Positions 1 to 8,600 of a stretch of 64,000 bases of DNA are shown piece by piece. A model generated the notes under the pieces. The model saw only the letters and a program-made list of their open reading frames with translations. It did not search any database and was not told where the DNA came from. The stretch spans positions 387,216-451,215 of the forward strand of contig JACKGH010000001.1 of the NCBI GenBank assembly GCA_020632075.1, written 5' to 3'. The first letter of the stretch is position 1, and every line of letters begins with the position of its first letter. The DNA comes from Candidatus Nomurabacteria bacterium (lineage in GTDB: Bacteria; Patescibacteriota; Minisyncoccia; Phycocordibacterales; UBA918). Made by a program: the position numbers and the translations under genes.

Positions 1-634
1 ATCTACCCAGGCTTGCCCTCTCTCAGGCACGATCTCCACCCGTATCGAATTTCCATCGACCACAAACCGGTACCAAGGCTGCCAATCAAGCTTTCCGTCC
101 TGGCACCACTGACCAAACTCCTTGCAGAGATCGGCTTCCGCGGCGACATCATCAGGAAACAGATCTTGGCTACCGAGTTCTTCGGCCAGATACCGTCTCA
201 CTTCGTTAGAAAACGTACCATCGATGAATATATCGACATGAGCACCATCAGCCGGATCAAAGGTCCCTTCAAGTGCATCAATGAGATAATCCTGAAGATC
301 TGCGACTGCGGATTGTTGCAACACACCATCGATCAGTTCACGAATATCCTCGTACGGATCAACAAGCTCACGAAATCGCTCTTCATTGATTCGCATTGGG
401 CCAGCCAGATCGGTCGTCCCCACCTGTTCGATCAGTCCCGACTTAAGTGCTTCCTCGATGTCACCGGCGTGCGAAATAAGACCACCGATCCCTCCCTCAC
501 TGAGGCGTTCTTGCCACGCGTCGAGTCGCATAGCGACAAAATCTTCGTGTGGCGCAACGTGCTGATTGAAGAATTCCTGACTCGGAAACCCTTTTATGTA
601 TTGCTCGTGAAGATCATCTTGTTGATCAGTCATT
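1..634 (-). CDS. hypothetical protein (5' part; gene runs off window start); weak paralog of next gene
   Basis: Minus-strand ATG at 634 preceded by AGAGGTG SD; open frame to position 1 (no stop in window, so absent from ORF track); acidic, protein-like composition; shares short conserved blocks (xYxxxFPSxxxx, RxxxxQxRLxE) with gene 763..1464; the overlapping + ORF 13..747 is R/L/I-rich antisense-like. Confidence 0.5.
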
Positions 635-666
635 TCACACCTCTTTGTGTAGAACTGTACGAGAGC

Positions 667-695
667 ACTATAGCTCTGCTGATTATTTTTGCAAG
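667..695 (-). promoter_or_regulatory. putative sigma70-type promoter (TTGCAA-N16-TATAGT) for gene 1..634
   Basis: Read on minus strand: cTTGCAAaaataatcagcagagcTATAGTgc, about 30 nt upstream of SD/ATG; same architecture upstream of paralog. Confidence 0.4.
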
Positions 696-700
696 GAACC

Positions 701-723
701 GGCCGGCCCCGAAGGGGCCGGCC
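701..723. terminator. GC-rich hairpin GGCCGGCCCC-GAA-GGGGCCGGCC (member of recurring hairpin family); terminator of gene 763..1464
   Basis: Perfect 10-bp stem, 3-nt loop, directly after stop of minus-strand gene; T-rich tract adjacent on minus strand. Confidence 0.6.
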
Positions 724-762
724 ACAACAAAAAACCAGGTCAAATGACCTGGTTGCATACCA

Positions 763-1464
763 TTACTCCTCTAGTGGAGTGAAGATGAGAGACTCTCGAA
801 ACGGATCATGACTCTTTTTTCTCGCGCGGATGAGCTGTTCTTCAGCCAGTTTATCTGGGTCAACCTCCATCCAGACCGAATCGTCGGCCACCACCCAGCG
901 CCACCACCAATCTGCGTAAAATGGCGTACTTACGCACCATGAAGCGAACTCTTGCCGCAAGCGTTGCCGCTGATCAGAAGGCATGTCGAGGTCCAAACCA
1001 TACATTTCAGCAGCGCGCAAACGCACCACTTCACCGAATTGTCCATCTTTGAAGATAAAGATCTTCTTGATATCAGAATCAGCATTCTCCGGCAGTAAGT
1101 TGGCCCGCATAATATGCATCAGGCCACTTCGTAACAACTGATCGAAGAGTCGTCTGATCCTTCTGAACGGATGACAATGAGCCTTGAATACCGATTCGTT
1201 GTACCGCAACGTTGGCACACCGTCTTCATCCACAGCTGCTTCAATCTCACCTATATCAATGGCGTGTGCGATCGCGACATCACTCATACCAAATACAGTG
1301 ACCAGCACACCCACTTGGTGTTCTGCTAGGATCCTTTGTCGATCTTGAAATTCCCGATCAATCAGATCCGCTTCAGGACCATACATCTCTGTCAGCAAAG
1401 CATCACTAGGAAACTGTGCTGCATATTTTTCGGACAATGATGGACGATCGCAAATATCGTGCAT
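763..1464 (-). CDS. hypothetical protein (233 aa), tandem paralog of 1..634
   Basis: ORF track 763..1512; probable ATG start at 1464 preceded by GGAGGT SD; acidic Trp-rich protein, no recognisable family. Confidence 0.55.
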   Translation of the reverse strand: MHDICDRPSLSEKYAAQFPSDALLTEMYGPEADLIDREFQDRQRILAEHQVGVLVTVFGMSDVAIAHAIDIGEIEAAVDEDGVPTLRYNESVFKAHCHPFRRIRRLFDQLLRSGLMHIMRANLLPENADSDIKKIFIFKDGQFGEVVRLRAAEMYGLDLDMPSDQRQRLRQEFASWCVSTPFYADWWWRWVVADDSVWMEVDPDKLAEEQLIRARKKSHDPFRESLIFTPLEE

Positions 1465-1497
1465 CTTAGTAACCTCCGCCTTTGTACACCTTTGTGT

Positions 1498-1527
1498 ACT
1501 ATAGCGAGACAAATTTGATTTGCAAGA
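1498..1527 (-). promoter_or_regulatory. putative promoter TTGCAA-N16-TATAGT for gene 763..1464
   Basis: Minus-strand cTTGCAAatcaaatttgtctcgcTATAGTac upstream of SD; homologous to promoter at 667..695. Confidence 0.4.
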
Positions 1528-1530
1528 AAA

Positions 1531-1554
1531 CGGCCGGCCCCGAAGGGGCCGGCA
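1531..1554. repeat. second exact copy of GGCCGGCCCCGAAGGGGCCGGC hairpin
   Basis: Identical 22/23-mer to 701..723, located about 68 nt upstream of gene start exactly as the first copy is upstream of gene 1..634. Confidence 0.6.
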
Positions 1555-1810
1555 GATCTTGGCAAAGACAATGTACTACTGATGTAAAAAGAATAGTATG
1601 TGAGCGTTTGACCAGTTCCAGGAATCTCCAAGAAACAACGAAACAGCATTCCTTTGCAGCTCGCTGCAGTCATATTCTCCCTAGGCAGGTCGAATCTGAC
1701 TAAGCGCCTGCATACTTTCGCCACCAGGGCACTTCCATTTTTATGGTCGCTATCACTCCCTAAAAATTTGGTCGCACATAGTCGCGCTTACGCACTCCTT
1801 TGTTCAAGCA

Positions 1811-2839
1811 TCACTTTTTAGACAACACCGCCCGCTTGTATACATCGAGATGTTCGAGCGCGATACCGGTTCCCTTTGCGACACAAAAGAGTGCCTGATC
1901 AGCCACTTGCGCCTTTACACCAGTACGACGACGGATGAGCTCAGGAAAATTACGCAACTGCGAAGTACCACCAGTCATAATGATGCCGCCGTCAATAATG
2001 TCGGCCGCCAGTTCAGGTGGAGTATTCTGAAACACATCCTTGATCGCCTTGACCATCTCTCGTAGCTCTTTACCGATCGCCTTCACTACCTCATTACTCC
2101 TCATTTCAGTTGTGCGTGGCAAGCCTGAGAGCATGTCACGTCCTTTAATCTCCATAGAAAGTTCTTCTTCAAGCGGCAACGCTGAACCGATCGTGATCTT
2201 GATCTCCTCTGCAGTCTTCTCACCGATCGAGAGATTGCGACTCTTTTTGACATAGTCTACGATCGCAGCATCGATACGGTTCCCCGCACACTTCACTGAG
2301 TTGGCCGCCACGATACCACCAAGCGAGATGACAGCCACATCGATCGTGCCGCCACCAATATCGACGATCATATGTCCTTGTGGCTCATAGATCTCTACTC
2401 CGGCGCCGATCGCAGCTAAGATCGGCTCTTTCACCACAAACGCATTCTTGGCGCCGGCTTTGATCGCCGCCTCCACCACCGCGCGCCGCTCAGTAGAAGT
2501 TACTCCGGCCGGCACCGACACCATCACATCAGGTCGAAACAGGTGATACTTACTCATCGACTTACGCATGAAGTACCGTAGCATTGCTTCGGTCACCCGG
2601 TAGTCAGCGATGACTCCGTCTTTCATTGGGCGATAGGCGCGAATACTCTCTGGCGTACGACCGATCATGAGCTTCGCTTCAGAACCGACTGCCAGCACTT
2701 TATTATCATCACTCACTGCCACCACCGATGGTTCATTGAGCACGATCCCTTGCCCGGGCACGAACACGAGAATATTGGTCGTACCAAGATCGATCCCCAC
2801 TTTTGGTGTAAAGTTGCCGAACATGTTTAGTATCGACAA
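1811..2839 (-). CDS. mreB: rod shape-determining protein MreB (actin-like ATPase)
   Basis: MFGNF...VGIDLGTTN phosphate-1 motif, DIGGGTID, GIVLNEPSVVA; full-length 342 aa; start could be the second ATG (2824). Confidence 0.9.
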   Translation of the reverse strand: MSILNMFGNFTPKVGIDLGTTNILVFVPGQGIVLNEPSVVAVSDDNKVLAVGSEAKLMIGRTPESIRAYRPMKDGVIADYRVTEAMLRYFMRKSMSKYHLFRPDVMVSVPAGVTSTERRAVVEAAIKAGAKNAFVVKEPILAAIGAGVEIYEPQGHMIVDIGGGTIDVAVISLGGIVAANSVKCAGNRIDAAIVDYVKKSRNLSIGEKTAEEIKITIGSALPLEEELSMEIKGRDMLSGLPRTTEMRSNEVVKAIGKELREMVKAIKDVFQNTPPELAADIIDGGIIMTGGTSQLRNFPELIRRRTGVKAQVADQALFCVAKGTGIALEHLDVYKRAVLSKK

Positions 2840-2890
2840 TAGTACCGGTTTTCAACAAATACACAACTCGCTTTGCTATTAAAAAATGAC

Positions 2891-2913
2891 GGGCGCTCAC
2901 CTTGTGAGCGCCC
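2891..2913 (-). terminator. rho-independent terminator (GGGCGCTCA/TGAGCGCCC hairpin + T-run on minus strand)
   Basis: 9-bp GC stem followed by TTTTTT on minus strand, downstream of gene 2946..3344. Confidence 0.55.
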
Positions 2914-2945
2914 AAATGACTTTCGCAGCAGACATCACCGCAGTC

Positions 2946-3344
2946 CTACCTGAACGGCATAAAACTTGACCACGGCATGGAATTGTTGATCTGCCGATTC
3001 ATCACTCCCATCTGCGCTGGCACCGCCTGTCCCATGTACCCCACTGAGTGTGACATATTATTAACGTTTACCTCCATACGCTGGACTGCGAGATTCATAT
3101 CTGCCACCGAGACTACTAGGCCAGGAAACGACTCAGACATCGGTTCCATGACCTTGCTGAAGCTGACAATGCTGTCAGTGATATCGTTCACATTGTCTGC
3201 GCCCCGCTGCCAGAGTCTCTCGTAGTACGGGATCTTTTCTCTCAACAACTCCCCATAGTAGATTCCATAGTGCGCAAGTATCCCGAGACACACGATCACC
3301 GAGATCAGTGCGCCAATGGTCAAAACTTGAATGGCTATTTTCAT
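2946..3344 (-). CDS. hypothetical small membrane/secreted protein (132 aa, N-terminal TM helix)
   Basis: ORF track; GGGGGT SD 6 nt upstream of ATG; hydrophobic N-terminus. Confidence 0.5.
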   Translation of the reverse strand: MKIAIQVLTIGALISVIVCLGILAHYGIYYGELLREKIPYYERLWQRGADNVNDITDSIVSFSKVMEPMSESFPGLVVSVADMNLAVQRMEVNVNNMSHSVGYMGQAVPAQMGVMNRQINNSMPWSSFMPFR

Positions 3345-3455
3345 AGTACCCCCGTCAAGTATCCAAACACGATCTGCGGACAGGATACACCTCCTGCGAG
3401 CAGAAGCAAGAAAAGCAAAAGTGTGTCATGTAGTGAAAAAGCTTTTACACAAAAA

Positions 3456-3475
3456 GCGCGCCGCAAGCGGCGCGC
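3456..3475 (-). terminator. rho-independent terminator (GCGCGCCG-CAAG-CGGCGCGC + T-run on minus strand)
   Basis: 8-bp GC stem, T-run CTTTTTGTG on minus strand just downstream of gene 3498..3875. Confidence 0.55.
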
Positions 3476-3497
3476 CCATAGAACAACCATAACGTGT

Positions 3498-3875
3498 TTA
3501 CTTCCTTGGCAAAGAAAGCGTAAAACCATACATCCCATCGATGGTCGATCGATAGGTGGTTTGCCATTCCTTCGCGTGAAAAATGTCGTGCGCCGACACC
3601 GCCACCTTATTCAACACTTCTTCCACTGCATCTGACTGGACCACGACCTTGCCGACGGATTCTCCTTCCTCCGCCGAAAGATCTGCATAGTACAGCACCT
3701 CGATCAAGACCTTTCCTTCTCCTTCAGCGAAACGCAAAAGAAACGTGTACTCGTCACGAATTCGCTCGCACATGAAAGCATGTGCCGCACGGCACACTTC
3801 TCGCGCCACCGATCCGATAACCCTTTGATGCCCGATCTTAACGGTTTCCACCGACAGATCCAATTCGTTTGCCAT
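3498..3875 (-). CDS. hypothetical protein (125 aa)
   Basis: ORF track; perfect AAGGAGG SD upstream of ATG; no family recognised. Confidence 0.55.
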   Translation of the reverse strand: MANELDLSVETVKIGHQRVIGSVAREVCRAAHAFMCERIRDEYTFLLRFAEGEGKVLIEVLYYADLSAEEGESVGKVVVQSDAVEEVLNKVAVSAHDIFHAKEWQTTYRSTIDGMYGFTLSLPRK

Positions 3876-3947
3876 GACTCCTCCTTATTAGGTAGTCTTG
3901 AAACACAAAATTCTATTCGGTACTATTTGTATCATAAATTTGTATTT

Positions 3948-3991
3948 TGTCAATGTGCGTATCGATGCATCTATCATAGCATATATGCTAT
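3948..3991 (+). promoter_or_regulatory. putative murA promoter (TTGTCA ... TATCAT) overlapped by 16-bp perfect palindrome ATAGCATATATGCTAT (3976..3991), candidate operator
   Basis: Palindrome read directly; lies between -10-like hexamer and ATG at 4003 of the HTH-MurA fusion gene. Confidence 0.4.
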
Positions 3992-4002
3992 ATTGATTAC
4001 CT

Positions 4003-5502
4003 ATGCAACACATTGGAACCCGCATCGCCGACGTCCGCGAGACCCTCGGCCTCACGCAGACAGACTTAGCCAAAAAGATCAAAACCACCCAGAGTGCGAT
4101 CGCTCGCATAGAAGCCGGCAGACAAAATGTCAGTGCTGATATGCTGAAGCGCATCAGCAAGGCTCTCGGGAAAAATCTCATCACCCTCTCCCCTGGTACC
4201 GTCAATGTACGGATCGGTGGTGGCAAAAAACTCACCGGCACCATTGAGACCAACACGTCAAAAAACGGTGCAGTCGGCCTCCTGTGTGCATCACTCCTCA
4301 ATAAAGGCACCACCACCCTTCACCGCATGCCACGCATCGAAGAGGTACACCGCATTATCGAGGTACTCGAGAGCATTGGTGTAAAAGTGGAATGGAAAGG
4401 CACTACCGTAACGATCACTCCGCCAAAAAAGTTTGAACTACAAAAGATCGACAAGGTTGCCGCCATGCGTACTCGCAGTATCGTGATGTTCATCGGCCCA
4501 CTCATGCATCACCTGAAGTCATTTTCGCTGCCACAGTCTGGCGGTTGTAAGCTTGGCAGCCGTACGGTGAAGCCGCATTTCTTTGCACTAGAACACTTCG
4601 GAGTGGATATTAAAGCGACTGAGGATTCGTTTGTTGTGAAGACTGTGCCACGGCCGGCCGGCGAGATCATTCTGTATGAATCTGGTGACACCGTGACCGA
4701 AAACGCACTCTTTGCAGCCGCCGGCCGGCCGGAGACCACCATCATCAAGTACGCCACTGCCAACTACATGGTGCAGGAAGTCTGCAACTTCCTGTGTCAG
4801 CTTGGAGTGAAGATCGAAGGCTATGGCACTACCACCTTGAAAGTAACTGGGGTTAAAGATATTGATCAGGATGTCGAATACACTCTATCTGAAGACCCGA
4901 CCGACAGTATGTTCTTCCTAGCTGCCGCGATCGTGACCAATTCCAGCATTACCATTACTCGTTGTCCGATCGAATTCCTTGAACTTGAGCTGCTCAAGCT
5001 TGAGAAGATGGGCTTTAAGTGTAAAAAGTCTAAGCCGTACCTGAGCCATAATGGCGCCACCAAGCTGGTCGATATCACCACCAAACCATCGAAGCTCGTG
5101 GCACTTCATGAAAAGATCCATCCGGCAGTGTACCCAGGACTCAACATGGACAATCTCCCCTTCTTTGCCGTGATTGCTACCCAAGCCGCTGGACAAACAC
5201 TCATTCATGACTGGGTGTACGAAAAGCGTGCAATCTACTTCACTGAGCTTGATAAACTTGGCGCCGATACCGTCCTCGCTGATCCACACCGCATCTTTAT
5301 CACCGGCCCGACCAAGCTACGCGCCACTGAGCTAGTGTGTCCACCTGCCCTTCGTCCAGCCACTATCTTACTCATTGCTATGCTTGGCGCTGAAGGAGAA
5401 TCGGTGCTGCGCAACATCTACAGCATCAACCGTGGCTATGAGAAATTGGTAGAACGACTCGCGAGCTTAGGTGCAGACATTTCGTATTTGGATGAGTTTT
5501 AA
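4003..5502 (+). CDS. murA: UDP-N-acetylglucosamine 1-carboxyvinyltransferase (MurA) with N-terminal XRE-family helix-turn-helix domain fused in frame (499 aa)
   Basis: Residues about 60-499 align with MurA throughout (KNGAVGLLCASLL, active-site loop LPQSGGCKLGSRTVKPH with Cys, C-terminal NRGYEKLVERLASLGADI); residues about 8-60 LGLTQTDLAKKIKTTQSAIARIEAGRQNVSADMLKRISKALG are a canonical Cro/C1-type HTH; single uninterrupted ORF. Confidence 0.85.
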   Translation: MQHIGTRIADVRETLGLTQTDLAKKIKTTQSAIARIEAGRQNVSADMLKRISKALGKNLITLSPGTVNVRIGGGKKLTGTIETNTSKNGAVGLLCASLLNKGTTTLHRMPRIEEVHRIIEVLESIGVKVEWKGTTVTITPPKKFELQKIDKVAAMRTRSIVMFIGPLMHHLKSFSLPQSGGCKLGSRTVKPHFFALEHFGVDIKATEDSFVVKTVPRPAGEIILYESGDTVTENALFAAAGRPETTIIKYATANYMVQEVCNFLCQLGVKIEGYGTTTLKVTGVKDIDQDVEYTLSEDPTDSMFFLAAAIVTNSSITITRCPIEFLELELLKLEKMGFKCKKSKPYLSHNGATKLVDITTKPSKLVALHEKIHPAVYPGLNMDNLPFFAVIATQAAGQTLIHDWVYEKRAIYFTELDKLGADTVLADPHRIFITGPTKLRATELVCPPALRPATILLIAMLGAEGESVLRNIYSINRGYEKLVERLASLGADISYLDEF

Positions 5503-5557
5503 ATGAGTCACAGAGCCGTAAGGCGACAATGACGAATTTATGCAGGCGCTTGGCCAC

Positions 5558-5585
5558 GATCCAGACCATTTCCTAGGTCTGGATC
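5558..5585. terminator. bidirectional terminator hairpin GATCCAGACC-N8-GGTCTGGATC between convergent murA and giant surface-protein gene
   Basis: Perfect 10-bp stem read directly; located in the 125-bp gap between convergent stops. Confidence 0.55.
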
Positions 5586-5627
5586 TGGTCGCAGCGAGCT
5601 GCAATAATATCTGAACCACCACGCACT

Positions 5628-8600
5628 TTATTCAAACTTAATATTCCCCCGCAGCAACAATTCCCCTTGCTGCTTGAACGACCCCTGTGCACGAGTCGCC
5701 GCTTCGGACATGATGATATACACTCGACCTTCATTTGAAGAATCGTCATATCCGTGTGCACCGATAACCAGATCATCAACCCCATCACCCGAAACGTCGC
5801 CAGCTGCGAGAGAAATACCAAAGTTACTATTTGTTGCTTCACCACTGATCTTCACACCGCTGTCGATTGCATCTGAGGTGTGTAAATTATCACCGTAAAA
5901 GAGGTAGACGTCTCCGGTAAAGGTGTCGCTGCGCCACGCACCCACTGCAAGATCGTCAACTCCGTCACGATCAAAGTCGCCAGTTGCAAGTGTTGTACCT
6001 AAGTTATCATCACTACTTGCCTCACCACTTAATATCACATCTGCAGACGATGCAGAGATCGATCCTGAGAGCGTCGCATTGTAGAAAACATACACTCGAC
6101 CACTAAATGAATCATATCGGTATGACCCAACCGCCAGATCGTCTTTGCCGTCGGCATTATAGTCACCCACTGTAAGAGCCCCACCAAAATACGCACTAGT
6201 ACCCACTCCCGTCATAATTACATCTGCCGTTGAAGCGTTTGCAGAACTCATCGAGCCGCCGTAGAAGACATAGGCGCGACCGGTATTGCTGTATACATAC
6301 GCCCCCACCACCAAGTCATCTATACCATCATTATCAAAATCACCTGTAGCCACCCTGTCTCCAAAGTAGTTACTCGTTCCTTCACCAGTGTATGTCACAT
6401 CTGCGCCGGTTGCGTTTTCATCGATCATTGAGCCGCCGTAGAAGACATAGGCGCGACCGGTATTACCACCGTTTGAATAACCATACGCACCAACTACGAG
6501 ATCATCGGTGCCGTCTGCATTGTAGTCACCTGTCGTAAGAGAATGTCCAAAGTAACCAAGTATCCCCTCACCGGTTAGCGTCACATCAGCATCACTCGCG
6601 TCACCGTCAGCTAAGCTGCCGCCATAGAAAATATAGGTGCGACCAGCACCACTTCCATACGAAGTAGCACTAACCACCAAGTCGTCAACTCCATCGTTGT
6701 TAAAGTCACCCTTAGTTAGGGCTGTTCCAAACGCCGTACCACTGTCGCCGGTCAGCGTTACATCTGCACTAGTCGTGGTTGTGGAATGTTTAACACCTCC
6801 ATAGAAGATGTAGGTGCGGCCTTGGTTTGAGTTGTATCCCGCAGCACTTACTGCCAAGTCATTTTTTCCATCATTATTAAAGTCTCCTACAACAACATCC
6901 TTACCGAGATCATCTTCAGACGCAGCACCGGTCACCTGCCAATCATTCGTCGTGTAGAAATACAACCGACCTTGGTTAGAATTATACAAATGTGCGCCTA
7001 TCACCAAATCGTCACCACCGTCGTTATTAATATCCCCTGCAGCCATGTAACGTCCGTAATACCCTGTCTCTCCGTCGAGAGTAACATCAGCACCAGAGGC
7101 GTTTTCAGTAATTATCGAACCACCGTAGAAGATGTAGGCACGGCCTTGGGAAGAGTTGTAGCCAACCGCACCGACTGCAAGATCCTCCATGCCGTCGTGA
7201 TTAAAATCACCCGAAATTAAATCAAGACTAAAACTGTTACTAGTCGCTTCACCGGTCAATGTCACATCAGCACCAGAGGCGTTTTCAGTAATTATCGAAC
7301 CACCGTAGAAGATGTAGGCACGGCCTTGGGAAGAGTTGTAGCCATGTGCACTAACTACCAAGTCATCACTCCCGTCTGAATTGAAATCACCCGAACTAAG
7401 TACAACACCTAGGTAACTATTTCCGGCTTCGCCGGTGATAATCGCATCCGCGCCCGATGCATTTTCAGAGATCATTGCACCACCGTAGAAGATGTAGGCA
7501 CGGCCCTCGTAACTGCCATATGTATTTGCCCCAACCGCGAGATCGTCTTCCCCGTCTGAATTGAAATCGCCAGTTGCTAGAGAGGTTCCAAAATTATTAG
7601 TGGTGGCTTGGCCAGTCAGTGTCACATCAGCACCAGAAGCGTTTTCAGTAATCATCGAACCACCATAGAAGATGTAGGCACGGCCAGTAGCAGAACTGTA
7701 GCTGTTAGCTGAAACGGCCAAGTCCTCTACACCGTCAGCATTAAAATCGCCAACGGCAAGTGCTGACCCAAAACTGTTACTCGCACCTTCACCAGTCAAT
7801 ACAACGTCAGCATCGGTTGCGTTTCCACTAGCTATACCACCTCCATAGAAGATATATGCCCGACCAACTGTACCACCATACAATGTCGCACCCACCACGA
7901 GATCATCTTTGCCATCATTGTTAAGGTCACCTATTTCCAAATTAACTCCAAAGTAGTTGGTAGCAGCTTCCCCCTCGATAATCACATCAGCTCGTCCGGC
8001 TTTGGTTTGATAACTCCCGTCGTTGTAGAAGATATACACTCTCCCAGCATTTGAATTGTAAGAGTAAGCCCCCACCACAAGATCATCCTTACCATCATTG
8101 TTAAGGTCACCGATCGCACTTGCTGCTGCAAAAAGATTTGAGGCACTTTCCCCCGTAATCTTCAGCTCATAGCCCATGATCGGATCAACCCGCAAGCCAT
8201 CAGATAGTGGCGAGCGCTGGATCTCCCAGGCGTAGTCCTCGCGGGTTTCGTAGAAATAGATGCGGCCGGTGTCGCCGCCATTGTTGTAGCCCGGAGCACC
8301 AATCACGAGGTCGTCTTTGCCGTCGGCGTTGAAGTCGCCAGTTATGAACGCGTGACCGAAGTCATCGTTGGTACTGTCTCCGGTGATGATGATGTCGGCG
8401 CTGGCGGCTGCAGTCGGGTACGAGCCGTCGTTGTAGAAGATGTAGGTGCGGCCTTGATAGGTATTGTATTGCCAGGCTCCTACCACGATATCTGTCTGAC
8501 CATCGTGATTGAGATCGCCGGCGGTCAACGCGGTACCAAAACTGCTTAAAGCTTCACCGGTCAAAGTCACATCTGCAGCGCTATCAGTAGTACTTGCCAG

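Noticed and set aside
13-747. 244-aa + strand ORF at window start
   Set aside because: R/L/I-rich antisense-like composition. The opposite strand carries a protein-like gene with SD and ATG at 634 that runs off the window, so it is missing from the ORF track. Treated as a shadow ORF.
1692-1714. 23-nt similarity GAATCTRRCTAAGCGYCTGCATA shared with 11879..11901
   Set aside because: 20/23 match with longest exact run of 7. My back-of-envelope expectation for such matches in 64 kb on two strands is order 1, so not significant alone.
4640-4745. CGGCCGGCCGGCG-type strings inside murA
   Set aside because: Not inverted repeats. They are explained by Pro-Ala-Gly-Arg codons. Not members of the hairpin family.
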